A stretch of 61,473 bases of DNA, filler included, from Candidatus Babelota bacterium (GTDB taxonomy: Bacteria > JAGOBX01): NCBI GenBank assembly GCA_017999075.1. It is 8 parts of 8 records of this genome, joined end to end, with 100 filler letters (N's around TTAATTAATTAA, not from the genome) between each part and the next. Parts side by side here need not be neighbours in the genome. Positions count along the whole stretch, not along the records: positions 1 to 25,069 come from JAGOBX010000004.1; positions 25,170 to 30,315 come from JAGOBX010000296.1; positions 30,416 to 35,535 come from JAGOBX010000297.1; 5 more parts are not named here. One strand, given 5' to 3'. Below are positions 21,601-30,433 of this stretch, one piece after another. The notes under the pieces are model-generated. The model had not been told where the DNA came from, made no database searches, and saw only the letters and a list, made by a program, of their open reading frames with translations. Positions within the stretch are counted from its first letter, which is position 1. Each line of letters begins with the position of its first letter. Both the position numbers and the translations under genes were made by a program.

Positions 21601-22274
21601 TTGAAAATGCGAATAAAATATTCTTTTTAGAACTAATTGATGAAATCAATAAAGTTATAAAAAGTTATGGGATAGATAACCCCATCATAAGAAAAGACAG
21701 TCACGATACACTTCTTGAAGACTGGTTGAATAAAATAGTTCTGCCTGTGCTTGACAAATTAAGGACAGATTCTGAAAAAATGCAGGAATTTCACAATATT
21801 CAACTTTTAGAAAATAAAATTTTAATGTTTAAAAAGAAACTTGAATTAAAAGATAATGTCGATGACCTGATTTTATTTTCGTTTGATCATATCAAAGAAT
21901 TTATAATAAACAACAAAAATAATGAAACTATTGAAACAATAAATGCAAATGAATCTCAGTTGGAACTTCAGTATCAAACTGCTGTGGAATCCCTTATTTC
22001 TGAAATATCTGTAAATCCTATGGATTACAGATTAATGATGGCAGAAATAGGAAGTATTACAGATTCTCTACGGAAAGTCAGAGACTTATACGAAGATTCT
22101 ATTCAAAAATACTGGAATAGACAATGGGATGATGCAATATCAGGTTTTTCGAAATGCGTTGAAATTATTCCTGATGATCCGGCTTCGTTATGTCTGCTCG
22201 AAAGGGTTAAATATATGAAAGATAACCCGCCAGCAGATAACTGGCAGGGTGAATTTATTCAAACGAAAAAATAA
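18654..22274 (+). CDS. CHASE2-TM-class III adenylate/guanylate cyclase with C-terminal TPR-like domain; lacks both metal-binding Asp (C2-like)
   Basis: CHASE2 motifs GLWPWNR and YDVFF; three TM helices; cyclase AGNMGSEKKMQYTVMGDAVNVGAR and KGK; C-terminal WDDAI..PDD..WQGEF. Confidence 0.9.
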   Translation: MAKKTVIKKSIITGLIISLIACIFCLVIDNLALLKRIELKSLDLRFKLRPQIKMQQDLGFLDYDDPSIDLFGLWPWNRNRQVALVDTLKFYNSKAAGYDVFFTEKSNIVFTPDYLTTLIESPARYYSQFMIESTPNSNLAKYNSVFSQAEQKNLMLKTLDLSYKNYDLDLEQSFAKAKNIFLAQFMEMPSEDVLLPPKKGIAEKTKYHLKKILSKIPLLNKFVKSDNDESLIFDEIQKTVKKRRMNYTDEKKLALEELEKTINTDTSVQFKDIYKKHLFKTVDIGAPLYRFIKASAGIGFAQIVEDMDYTVRLFPAFLYFDRHIHPALTLKMASYLLDFNMNDIIVKPSEYILIKNALEYGTNKRSDFKIPIDDKCQLLMNWAGEFDNTYFHYSFKTIALYYAYIKCKQIVSYYPDNPEFLDLAFNKLKNYLVNEQLVESKLIEKIAGTIAIAKCYESEIVRSKISDIETLKNNLKIESLKPYFDEAFYSTKIGNEIAKQFELNQNLNYKDFIKSIDYNFDQEYIKEIFDNIEWFAKKNRLNDIKPFCFPEKQTIKVFGKPIKVSPTYLENKIFMIGLTGIGTIDLNPMPFEQSCPMVALHTNAINMFLTRQALSFPPEWYKYVSTIFLVVLIGLLSVFLSATKGLIVSIFISLIYTLAVWLYWTKSGVWLNFVTPLLSIYISYLITAIYKFIQSTAERKKIRNIFSTMVSPAVLKVMEDNPDLLSLTGERKAATTAFSMVFGFNKVTSSVAPDYLSKILSVYLTPTSEIIMDYDGYIDKYEGHIIMADYGVPLDDPGNAWKCAYSSVEQQLDIAAFRYYVYVNYGVKVTTMLGYNFGYVSAGNMGSEKKMQYTVMGDAVNVGARFMPANLIYNTRVITGGSTYYKIKDFAELRKLDRLLLKGKTTPTEIYETLGWNKDKYIELLGHKPVPESLRTRWKFAPGGKVFGYFNFWKQAEKDFTHPMISKISKFFENQLISNATRIENANKIFFLELIDEINKVIKSYGIDNPIIRKDSHDTLLEDWLNKIVLPVLDKLRTDSEKMQEFHNIQLLENKILMFKKKLELKDNVDDLILFSFDHIKEFIINNKNNETIETINANESQLELQYQTAVESLISEISVNPMDYRLMMAEIGSITDSLRKVRDLYEDSIQKYWNRQWDDAISGFSKCVEIIPDDPASLCLLERVKYMKDNPPADNWQGEFIQTKK

Positions 22275-22297
22275 TTGATTACGGGATTCTGAAAATT

Positions 22298-25069
22298 ATG
22301 GCTACAAAAAAACAAGTAAAACTGAAAACCTTGATTCTTAAAACTCTATATATAACCGCTTCTGTTTTTTTACTGATTCTAATACTTGATTTTTTCGGTT
22401 TTTTTTCATCTCTTGAATTTTTAACTATTGACGCAAGATATACAAAAAGACTTCTGAAAAAAACTAAAATTTCAGATAAAATAGTTACAATAATAATAGA
22501 CGATGACGCTATAGAAAAAGTGGGAAGATGGCCGTGGTCTTGGGAAAAATTGAAAATGATAGTGGAAACAGCTGACTATTATTCTGCAAAATTCTGCGCT
22601 TTCATAGATTTAAATTTCAACAAGGAAAGCGAAGTGTATTTCAGCGAAGAAGGTTCAGCAAATTCGAAATCAATAATAACAAATTATATTATGCAGGATT
22701 CAAATGATACTCAAACTATACTTGGCGCTATTGAAAATAAAAATAAAGAAATGATCAGCGCAATTAATAAATATAAAAACATATTTTTATGCAGCAATTT
22801 TTATATACCTGAAATCAAATTAAATACCAAACAATTTAGCGCTTTGACTGAAATTAAAAAAAAAGATATAATGATTGACCGGCTGGATAATATTTCTTCA
22901 ATGAAAAAATATATAATTCCTAACACTGAAAATAAAACCAAATTAACAACTGCAATTGATTTTATCCCTCCATTAAAAAATCTAAATGAAATAGTTAAAG
23001 GGGTCGGATATAACCGGATATTTCCAGATGCAGACGGAAGAGTCAGACATTATTCTATGGCCGCAAATTATGACGGGAATGTTTATCCTTCTTTAGTAAC
23101 AAGTTTAGCCGCAGGTTATTATAAATGTCCTCTTGATAAAATCAGAATTATTCCAGGAAAATATATTGAATTACAAGAAGGGGATACTTCTATATCCAAA
23201 TTCCCTTTACAAATACCAATAAATGAAAAAGGTATGATGACTATAAATTGGGCTGGAACTTACAAGGAAACATTTAAACATTTACCCTATAATTTAATAG
23301 CATATCATTATTCATTTATAAAAGGAAAACAATATTTAAGCAATTATAAGGATGCCTGGAATATGCCAGGCTTCAGCCCTGATATTGTGTACACAAACTT
23401 AAATTCAGAACTTATTAAGGCAGGTTTGGTTACACCTTCTTCAGCCGAATCAATATCTCTTTCATTGTTTATAGCATGGCTTATGGATTATTTTAATTCT
23501 AATGGCGCGGATTATATGACTTTCATATCTCAAATGGCTGCCATGGGTCTTGAAGATACTACAACAATAAAAAATATGTGGATTCAAATAGATTTTAATA
23601 ATAAACTTTTTGCAAGGTTAAATGAAACCAGGAAAATACCTGATTTTTCCGAGTTTATAAAAGAACTCGGCCTTAAAGAATATGAAAAAGAATTATTTAT
23701 TCGCGAAGGTTACAGGCAAACAATATTCTTTTTCCTTAAAGGCATGATAGATACAGTCAGGCCCTTATATTTTCCTGAACCATCAAATTTAAAAATCGGA
23801 TTGAAAAATGAGTACATTTCTCTGCTTGAACTTTCGGATAAATTTATTTTTACTGGACTTACTGCAACAGGACTTGCATCATTCAATCCTACTCCTTTTG
23901 AAAACAGATATATGATGTTAGGTTTGACTCCTAATGCTTTCAATACAATTATAACAAATCAATTTTTAAAATTCATAAATCCGTTTTTTTCATATTTACT
24001 ATTGATTATAATAATGATTTTTATTTCGTTTTTAACATTAAAATCTTCTTTAACAGGCACTATAGTATCAATAATTTTATTTGTATTATATCCTTTTACA
24101 GCATGGATTTGTTTTGAATACGGCCTTATTATTCCTATTATATTCGTTGAAGCAAGCATTCTATTATGTTATTTCGGAGCTCTTACTTATAAATACATTG
24201 AACTTCAACGTGAACGAAAAAAAGTACGCGATATGTTTTCAACAATGGTGTCTCCTGAAGTCTTAAAAATTATAGAAGAAAACCCTGATAAATTCAATAT
24301 TTCAGGCGACCTTAGAGAAGCTACTATGTTTTCTTCAGACGTATCAGGTTTTACTACGATTTCAGAAGGAGTTACGGCTCAGGAACTCGCTAATATTCTC
24401 AATATATATCTAACTCCTATGAGTAACATTATAATGAAATATAACGGCTATATTGATAAATATGAAGGAGATGCTATAAAAGCAGATTTCGGAGTACTTC
24501 CTCTTCAGACAAGTTCAAACTGGGAACTTGATAAAGAACATCATTGGAAATGCTGCTATGCAGCTCTTGAACAACAGGAAGAATTAAGTGTCATTCAAAG
24601 AATGATTCAAATAAAATTCGGAGTTAAAATCTCGGCTCGTATTGGAGTAAACACCGGAGTTGTCTCTGCCGGAAATATGGGTTCTGAAAAAAAAAGACAA
24701 TTCTCTGTCATGGGGGCTGCAGTTACTCTTGCAGAAGAACTTGAACCTGTAAACAAATTATTTGAATCATGGATAGCAATAGGCCCTGAAACTTATAAGA
24801 AAGCTGAAAAATACATAGAAACACGATTGTTGAATTATCTTGAATTTCATGAAGGCGAACCTCTTCTTCCTGTTTATGAATTATTGGGGTGGAATATTGA
24901 TAAATTTATGGAATATTGGAAAGATAAACCTGCTCCATCTCTAATCCTTGAAGGTATAAGAAAAATGCCGCCAGAAAAAATTCTCGGATATTATCATTAT
25001 TACAGCAATAAAAAACTGGATGATACTGATTTTATAATTCAAATAAAAAAATTCTTTACAGATTTGTCT
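22298..25069 (+). CDS. CHASE2-TM-class III cyclase, 3' end cut by the contig end; lacks the Asn/Arg pair (C1-like)
   Basis: GRWPWS, DADGRVR; cyclase FSSDVSGFTTISE, DKYEGDAIKA, RIGVNTG, AGNMGS; runs into the linker. Confidence 0.9.
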
Positions 25070-25169
25070 NNNNNNNNNNNNNNNNNNNNNNNNNNNNNNN
25101 NNNNNNNNNNNNNTTAATTAATTAANNNNNNNNNNNNNNNNNNNNNNNNNNNNNNNNNNNNNNNNNNNN
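25070..25169. other. Artificial contig linker
   Basis: N44-TTAATTAATTAA-N44 (stops in all six frames). Confidence 0.98.
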
Positions 25170-25185
25170 TCATATAGTTTTAATA

Positions 25186-25788
25186 TTAAACTAATTTATT
25201 AATTATACAAGTTTTATTTTGTGTAAAAATACAATCCATAAATACATCAGTTTTTTCAAAAAAAGGGATATGTTCAAATAATCCGAAATTAAATGTAATT
25301 CCTATTTTATAAAATTTTTTTTCAGGGTGTTTAAAAAAAAATTTATCATAACATCCCATTCCGAATCCGATCCTTTTTCCTGACTTGTCAAATGCCAATC
25401 CAGGACATAGTATTATAGTTGTATTATCCTGTATTTGATTAAATTCAAATTCAACATTTTGTATTGGTTCATAAATCTTATATTTATTTTGTTTTAAGTG
25501 TGAAAGTTCGTCTAATTTGTAAATTTTAAATTCTTCAGTTTCCTGCATTTTTGGTAAAAACAAAGTATATCCGTTTTTAATCAGCCATTCATTAAATTGA
25601 GTCAGGTCCGGTTCTCCGAAAAGCTTCCAGTAACTTATAATTCTTGTATCAATATTATTTTTTTTGTTATCAATAAAATTTATAAGCTTGGTAAATATTA
25701 TTTTAGAATTAACAGATATATATTTATCCGATAATTTTTTTCTTCTATTTTTTATTTGATTTCTTAAGTCTTGTTTAGAAGCAAACAT
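25186..25788 (-). CDS. 5-formyltetrahydrofolate cyclo-ligase
   Basis: KQDLR..R, IYEP, PGLAFDKSGKRIGFGMGCYD, D..MD. Confidence 0.9.
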   Translation of the reverse strand: MFASKQDLRNQIKNRRKKLSDKYISVNSKIIFTKLINFIDNKKNNIDTRIISYWKLFGEPDLTQFNEWLIKNGYTLFLPKMQETEEFKIYKLDELSHLKQNKYKIYEPIQNVEFEFNQIQDNTTIILCPGLAFDKSGKRIGFGMGCYDKFFFKHPEKKFYKIGITFNFGLFEHIPFFEKTDVFMDCIFTQNKTCIINKLV

Positions 25789-25791
25789 ATA

Positions 25792-26154
25792 TTATTTTTT
25801 ATCATAAGGATTTTTTCCTGGTAATTCTATGTCATCATATTGTTCAATTCCGCCGATAAATTTTGCAGGACTCCAAGTTCCCCATATTAAATATAGAAAC
25901 CATATAAATATTATTAGGGCCAAAACAACAATTGCAGTTATAACCTGTTCTTTACCTCTAATCCATTTTTGTATCATAGGGATATGGTGTTTTACTTTTA
26001 TTTTTTTTTTGGATTGGCCGTCAATATTTTTTTTTAATAGTATTTTAGAAGTTTGACTGAAAAAAAGTCTTTTAATAAAATTATAAATATTTTGAAAAAT
26101 ATTAGACAATGTAACCATATTAATAATTATATAAAATATGGTATTTATTGTCAA
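25792..26154 (-). CDS. Small single-pass membrane protein, hypothetical
   Basis: ORF with one hydrophobic helix (VITAIVVLALIIFIWFLYLIW); start uncertain. Confidence 0.5.
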   Translation of the reverse strand: MTINTIFYIIINMVTLSNIFQNIYNFIKRLFFSQTSKILLKKNIDGQSKKKIKVKHHIPMIQKWIRGKEQVITAIVVLALIIFIWFLYLIWGTWSPAKFIGGIEQYDDIELPGKNPYDKK

Positions 26155-26261
26155 TAATCTTTTTTAAAAGATAGAGTTATTACGAAAATGAAAAGTAATA
26201 AAGAGAGGTATTGAACTAAAAATATGAAAGAAATTTTAATTTTGAAAACCTAATTCGGAAA

Positions 26262-26762
26262 TTATAAGTTATGTTTTGAATATATTACCTTATCATCGCC
26301 AGGACCGTAAAAATTTTTAAGCACAGCTTCCTGTATATATCCGCATTTAAGATAAAATGAGCGTGTGGAAATATATTTTAATGAGTTAGAAGTTTCAATA
26401 TATATTTGTTTTCCGCCGGCAGATTTTATGAGTTCTTCAGTTTTAACCAAGAGTATTTTTCCGAGTCCTAATTTTTGAAAATTTTTATGAACTGCAATCC
26501 AATACAAGTCAAAACTTGAAACAGTACATGCAATGGGGCCATAACACACATAACCTGCTACTATACCTTTATTATTTTCTGCAAATAAAAAGTTATATCC
26601 GCTTTTAGTGCCTGTTTTTAAATATTCCTTGGCTAAATCTGCAGCGACTTCAATTTCATAGTCATAAAAATATTCTGTAGATTGGAGAATTTCTGTGATT
26701 GTACTAATATCAGTATGTTTTACTGAATTTCTAAAATTCAAATCGTTAATGTTAATATTCAT
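26262..26762 (-). CDS. GNAT-family N-acetyltransferase
   Basis: DLYWIAVHKNFQKLGLGK, YIETS, FYLKCGY. Confidence 0.9.
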   Translation of the reverse strand: MNININDLNFRNSVKHTDISTITEILQSTEYFYDYEIEVAADLAKEYLKTGTKSGYNFLFAENNKGIVAGYVCYGPIACTVSSFDLYWIAVHKNFQKLGLGKILLVKTEELIKSAGGKQIYIETSNSLKYISTRSFYLKCGYIQEAVLKNFYGPGDDKVIYSKHNL

Positions 26763-26766
26763 AATT

Positions 26767-27768
26767 TTATCTTAATGTATCAACAATTATGCGTTCAATG
26801 CATTCTTGAAAACTTATTCCTGCTTTTTCAAGAGCCGCAACATATCCGCTATCAGGAGAAATGCACGGGTTTGCATTAATTTCAAGAACAAAAGGTACTT
26901 CTCTTTTGTCAACTCTAAAATCAATTCTTGCGTATCCGCGAAGCTCAAATTCTTTCCAGCATTTTTTTGATATTTTAATAAGTTTATCTAAAAGTTTTTT
27001 TTCTTCCTTTCTAAATTCAAAGGTTCTGTCGGTGTGTTTGTATTCAAAAGAATCAGTATCCCATTTGGCTTTATAATCTACAATTTTCGCTTTATTATCA
27101 GGGAAACCTGAAAATATAATTTCGGCTGGAGGTAAAATAACAGGTTCTTCAGGGGATTCTGTAGAAGCAAGCAGTGCAAGATTAAATTCTCTTCCGTCAA
27201 TATATTTTTCTGCAAAACATTCTGCCTTTATTTGTTCGCGTTTTATATCAATTTTTTCAAAAAGTTCGGACTCAGTTTTAACAGATATAACAGAATTTTC
27301 ATCAATTCCAACAGATGCTTCTTCCCATAATGCTTTAATAATATATTTTCCTTTTATATTAGACAATTTATCATTATTCTTATTTTTTTCTACTGCCCAT
27401 TCTGAAGTGAGTATTCCGTAATTACATAGCATTTGTTTTGTTAATATTTTGTTTGAAGTTAAAAACATCGAAACGGTTTTTGAGCCTGTGTAAGGAATTT
27501 TCAAGTGATCCAAAAGAGCCGGAGCGAAATAAATTAATCTTCCGTCGTGATGAACAGATTCAACAAGATTGAACACCAGACAAGGATTTAAATCTTTAAT
27601 TTTTCTGTAAGTTTCTTCTAAATTCATTGTGAAACTTAATGATACGGGTTCATAATTAAGGTCAATTAATGCTTTTGATACAGAGTTTACCTGATCAAGC
27701 ACATCAGCTTCATCTTTTGAAGCATTTTGCCCGACGGCGTTATGAAGAATAATTATTTTTTTATTCAT
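26767..27768 (-). CDS. D-Ala-D-Ala ligase-like ATP-grasp enzyme
   Basis: VFNLVES, IPYTGS, EEASVGI, EKYIDGREF, GYARIDFR, LEINANP. Confidence 0.88.
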   Translation of the reverse strand: MNKKIIILHNAVGQNASKDEADVLDQVNSVSKALIDLNYEPVSLSFTMNLEETYRKIKDLNPCLVFNLVESVHHDGRLIYFAPALLDHLKIPYTGSKTVSMFLTSNKILTKQMLCNYGILTSEWAVEKNKNNDKLSNIKGKYIIKALWEEASVGIDENSVISVKTESELFEKIDIKREQIKAECFAEKYIDGREFNLALLASTESPEEPVILPPAEIIFSGFPDNKAKIVDYKAKWDTDSFEYKHTDRTFEFRKEEKKLLDKLIKISKKCWKEFELRGYARIDFRVDKREVPFVLEINANPCISPDSGYVAALEKAGISFQECIERIIVDTLR

Positions 27769-28748
27769 TTTTTTATCCGTTTAATAGTGGACTTAACTAT
27801 GTGTTCAATGAGTTTTTGATATGGGAATTTTACCATTGAGCACAATATAGGTAAATCTGAAATATCAGGGTTTAATCCTGCCAAAGGATTAACTTCAATA
27901 AAATTAGGAATTCCGTTTTTGTCTAATCTAATATCTACTCTGCCTGCATCGCGGCAGTTTAGGCCGCGCCATGCTGATAGAGCGGTTTTTTCACATTTTT
28001 CGGATATTTTTCCTTTTACAACAGAATATTTTACCAAATCTTCAAAACATTGTTTATTGGAGTAAGAGTATATTTCTGATTCGGCTTTTTCGTTTAAAGT
28101 AACTTCAATTGTACCTATTGCTTTAGAGTTTTTTCCTGAACCTATAATACCGACAGTAAATTCTCTGCCAGACAGATATGTTTCTACAAGAACAGGTTGG
28201 TTAAATTTTTTTAACAAATCAATACAGATTTTTTTCAAATCTTTTTTTGAAGTAATTTTAGAATTTGCGTTTATTCCTTTACTTGTTCCTTCGGCAATGG
28301 GTTTTGCAAATAAAGGGAATGGTAAATTAATTTTTTCTATGTCCTCAGATGAATAAATTTCATAAAAATCCGGAGTTGGAATTTTTAAATCGCGGATTAC
28401 ACGTTTAGTCATTCCTTTATGAAGACATAAAGATAGTACAAGAGGATCGGAAAAAGTATATGCTATATTGTAAACGTCAAGTATTGAAGGAACTTGAGCT
28501 TCTCTTCCTATGCCATACAGTCCTTCGCATATATTGAACACAAAATCCCAGCGTTTTCCTTCTGCGATTTTTTTTATTAAACTTTTAACATTTCCAATAC
28601 GTTCAGTTTTAATCCCCATTTTTTTTATGGCATTATCAATTGCATCTATTGTAGATAATCTGTCGAATTCAGCGGCTTGTTCAGATGAATAACCTTCGGC
28701 AATATAATCGTCTTTTAAATCGTATGTGATTCCAGCTAACATATTCAT
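27765..28748 (-). CDS. D-Ala-D-Ala ligase-like ATP-grasp enzyme
   Basis: VFNICEG..GREAQVP, KP.AEGTSKGI, GREFTVG, GRVDIR, IEVNPLAG. Confidence 0.88.
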   Translation of the reverse strand: MNMLAGITYDLKDDYIAEGYSSEQAAEFDRLSTIDAIDNAIKKMGIKTERIGNVKSLIKKIAEGKRWDFVFNICEGLYGIGREAQVPSILDVYNIAYTFSDPLVLSLCLHKGMTKRVIRDLKIPTPDFYEIYSSEDIEKINLPFPLFAKPIAEGTSKGINANSKITSKKDLKKICIDLLKKFNQPVLVETYLSGREFTVGIIGSGKNSKAIGTIEVTLNEKAESEIYSYSNKQCFEDLVKYSVVKGKISEKCEKTALSAWRGLNCRDAGRVDIRLDKNGIPNFIEVNPLAGLNPDISDLPILCSMVKFPYQKLIEHIVKSTIKRIKK

Positions 28749-28762
28749 CTCCGTAAAATAAT

Positions 28763-28810
28763 GGGAATTTTTTCAAATGGCTATTTTGCCAATTTTACAA
28801 AATTTATATT
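28763..28810 (+). repeat. Degenerate left part of the MITE-like repeat
   Basis: (ATAAT)GGGAATTTTTTCAAATGGC...TTTTACAAAATTTATAT, similar to the reverse complement of the 56655 end. Confidence 0.5.
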
Positions 28811-28826
28811 ATGAAAATCTAAATTT

Positions 28827-30152
28827 TCAGCCGTTATAATCGGGATATCTGTAAATGTTTCCTTCGAAATTACGAAGAATAACTTCATTATTTTCGCGGC
28901 CAATATAATATTCAGGTAAAATAGGAGTTTTGCCTCCGCCTCCAGGAGCATCTATTACATAATGAGGAACGGCAAAACCAGTAGTAAATCCTCTTAATCC
29001 TTTGATAATTTCCAGACCTTTTTCAATAGAAGTTCTAAAATGACCTGAACCAATGATAGGATCACATTGATATAAATAATATGGCCGAACTCTGATTTTT
29101 AGAAGCTCGTGATATAATTTTTTTATTGTATCCACGGAATCATTGATGTTTTTAAGCAATACAGTTTGGCTTCCAAGAGGTATTCCAGCATCAGATAATC
29201 TTGAACAAGCTTCAGCAACTTCAGGAGTGATTTCGTCGGGATGAGTAAAATGAATATTCATCCATAAAGGATGATATTTTTTTAACATTTTTACAAGTTC
29301 TCTTGTAATACGCTGCGGCAAAACTGCCGGAACTTTAGTTCCTAGTCTGACAATTTCTATATGTTTAATTTTTTTTAATCTTAAAAGCAAATATTCAAGA
29401 TTTTCATCAGATAAGGTTAAAACTTCTCCTCCGGACAATAACACGTCGCGGATGGATTTAGTTTTTTCAATATAAGACAAAGCTGCCTGCCATTGAGAAG
29501 TATCAAAGCAATAATTAGTATGTCCGCTTACAACTCTTGATCTTGTACAATATCTGCAATTTGTAGAACAAAATCCTGTAGTTAAAAACAATACTCTGTC
29601 AGGATATCTGTGAACTAATCCAGGAACAGGGCTCTGTTCATCTTCTGATAACGGGTCCTCAGCTTCTCCGATACTTTTAATATTTTCGGCGGATGCCGGG
29701 ATAACAGTTTTTCTTAAAGCGTGTTCAGCATTATATCTGTCAAGAAGACTTGCATAGTACGGCGTAATGCGAAGCGGTAAATAATCTTTGTGTTGAGAAA
29801 TATAATTTATCTCATCATCAGTAAGAGATATTATATTTTTTAATTGTTCGAGAGAAGTGATACTGTTTCGAATTTGCCATTCCCAGTTGTTCCAGTCTGA
29901 CCTGTTTGCTTCAGGAAAAAATTTTTCAAGAAAAAATAAAGAATGTCTGCTGATTTTAAAAGAATTTGATAAAGTCTTTTTTAAATCAAATGGAGATTTT
30001 TTTTCACAGATAGTTAATTTCCTTGAAAATTGATGGATCTTTTGGATTTTTTTAGGTTCAGACATTTCAAGAATAAGCGGGTGGGGATCAGCGTCGTCAG
30101 TTGAAACTTTTTCATTGTCTCTAACCGCACAAACAGCATCTAATGTTTTCAT
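28827..30152 (-). CDS. KamA-family radical SAM/PLP aminomutase (lysine 2,3-aminomutase family)
   Basis: HRYPDRVL, CSTNCRYCTR (CxxxCxxC), LLSGG, PYYLYQCD, DAPGGGGK. Confidence 0.92.
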   Translation of the reverse strand: MKTLDAVCAVRDNEKVSTDDADPHPLILEMSEPKKIQKIHQFSRKLTICEKKSPFDLKKTLSNSFKISRHSLFFLEKFFPEANRSDWNNWEWQIRNSITSLEQLKNIISLTDDEINYISQHKDYLPLRITPYYASLLDRYNAEHALRKTVIPASAENIKSIGEAEDPLSEDEQSPVPGLVHRYPDRVLFLTTGFCSTNCRYCTRSRVVSGHTNYCFDTSQWQAALSYIEKTKSIRDVLLSGGEVLTLSDENLEYLLLRLKKIKHIEIVRLGTKVPAVLPQRITRELVKMLKKYHPLWMNIHFTHPDEITPEVAEACSRLSDAGIPLGSQTVLLKNINDSVDTIKKLYHELLKIRVRPYYLYQCDPIIGSGHFRTSIEKGLEIIKGLRGFTTGFAVPHYVIDAPGGGGKTPILPEYYIGRENNEVILRNFEGNIYRYPDYNG

Positions 30153-30315
30153 TTAATGAAAACAACTCCTTATAAATTATTATTTTTAAAAAAAATGCAG
30201 AATGAAAAATATTTTCTTTTACGGCATTATAAAAATAATATAAATTTTGAACTCAATATATAATTCAAAAAAAAAAAATAAATTTAAAAAAAATATATTT
30301 TATTTCTTTAAAAAT

Positions 30316-30415
30316 NNNNNNNNNNNNNNNNNNNNNNNNNNNNNNNNNNNNNNNNNNNNTTAATTAATTAANNNNNNNNNNNNNNNNNNNNNNNNNNNNN
30401 NNNNNNNNNNNNNNN
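30316..30415. other. Artificial contig linker
   Basis: N44-TTAATTAATTAA-N44. Confidence 0.98.
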
Positions 30416-30433
30416 CTATTTGTCTTTGTCTGA

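Noticed and set aside
25789-26261. 6S RNA, often found upstream of 5-formyl-THF cyclo-ligase
   Set aside because: The region is occupied by an AT-rich membrane-protein ORF and shows no long rod-like pairing.
26767-28748. VanA/VanB-type glycopeptide resistance ligases
   Set aside because: No vanH/vanX/vanRS, and both lack the canonical Ddl/Van N-terminal motif; the context is KamA/GNAT.
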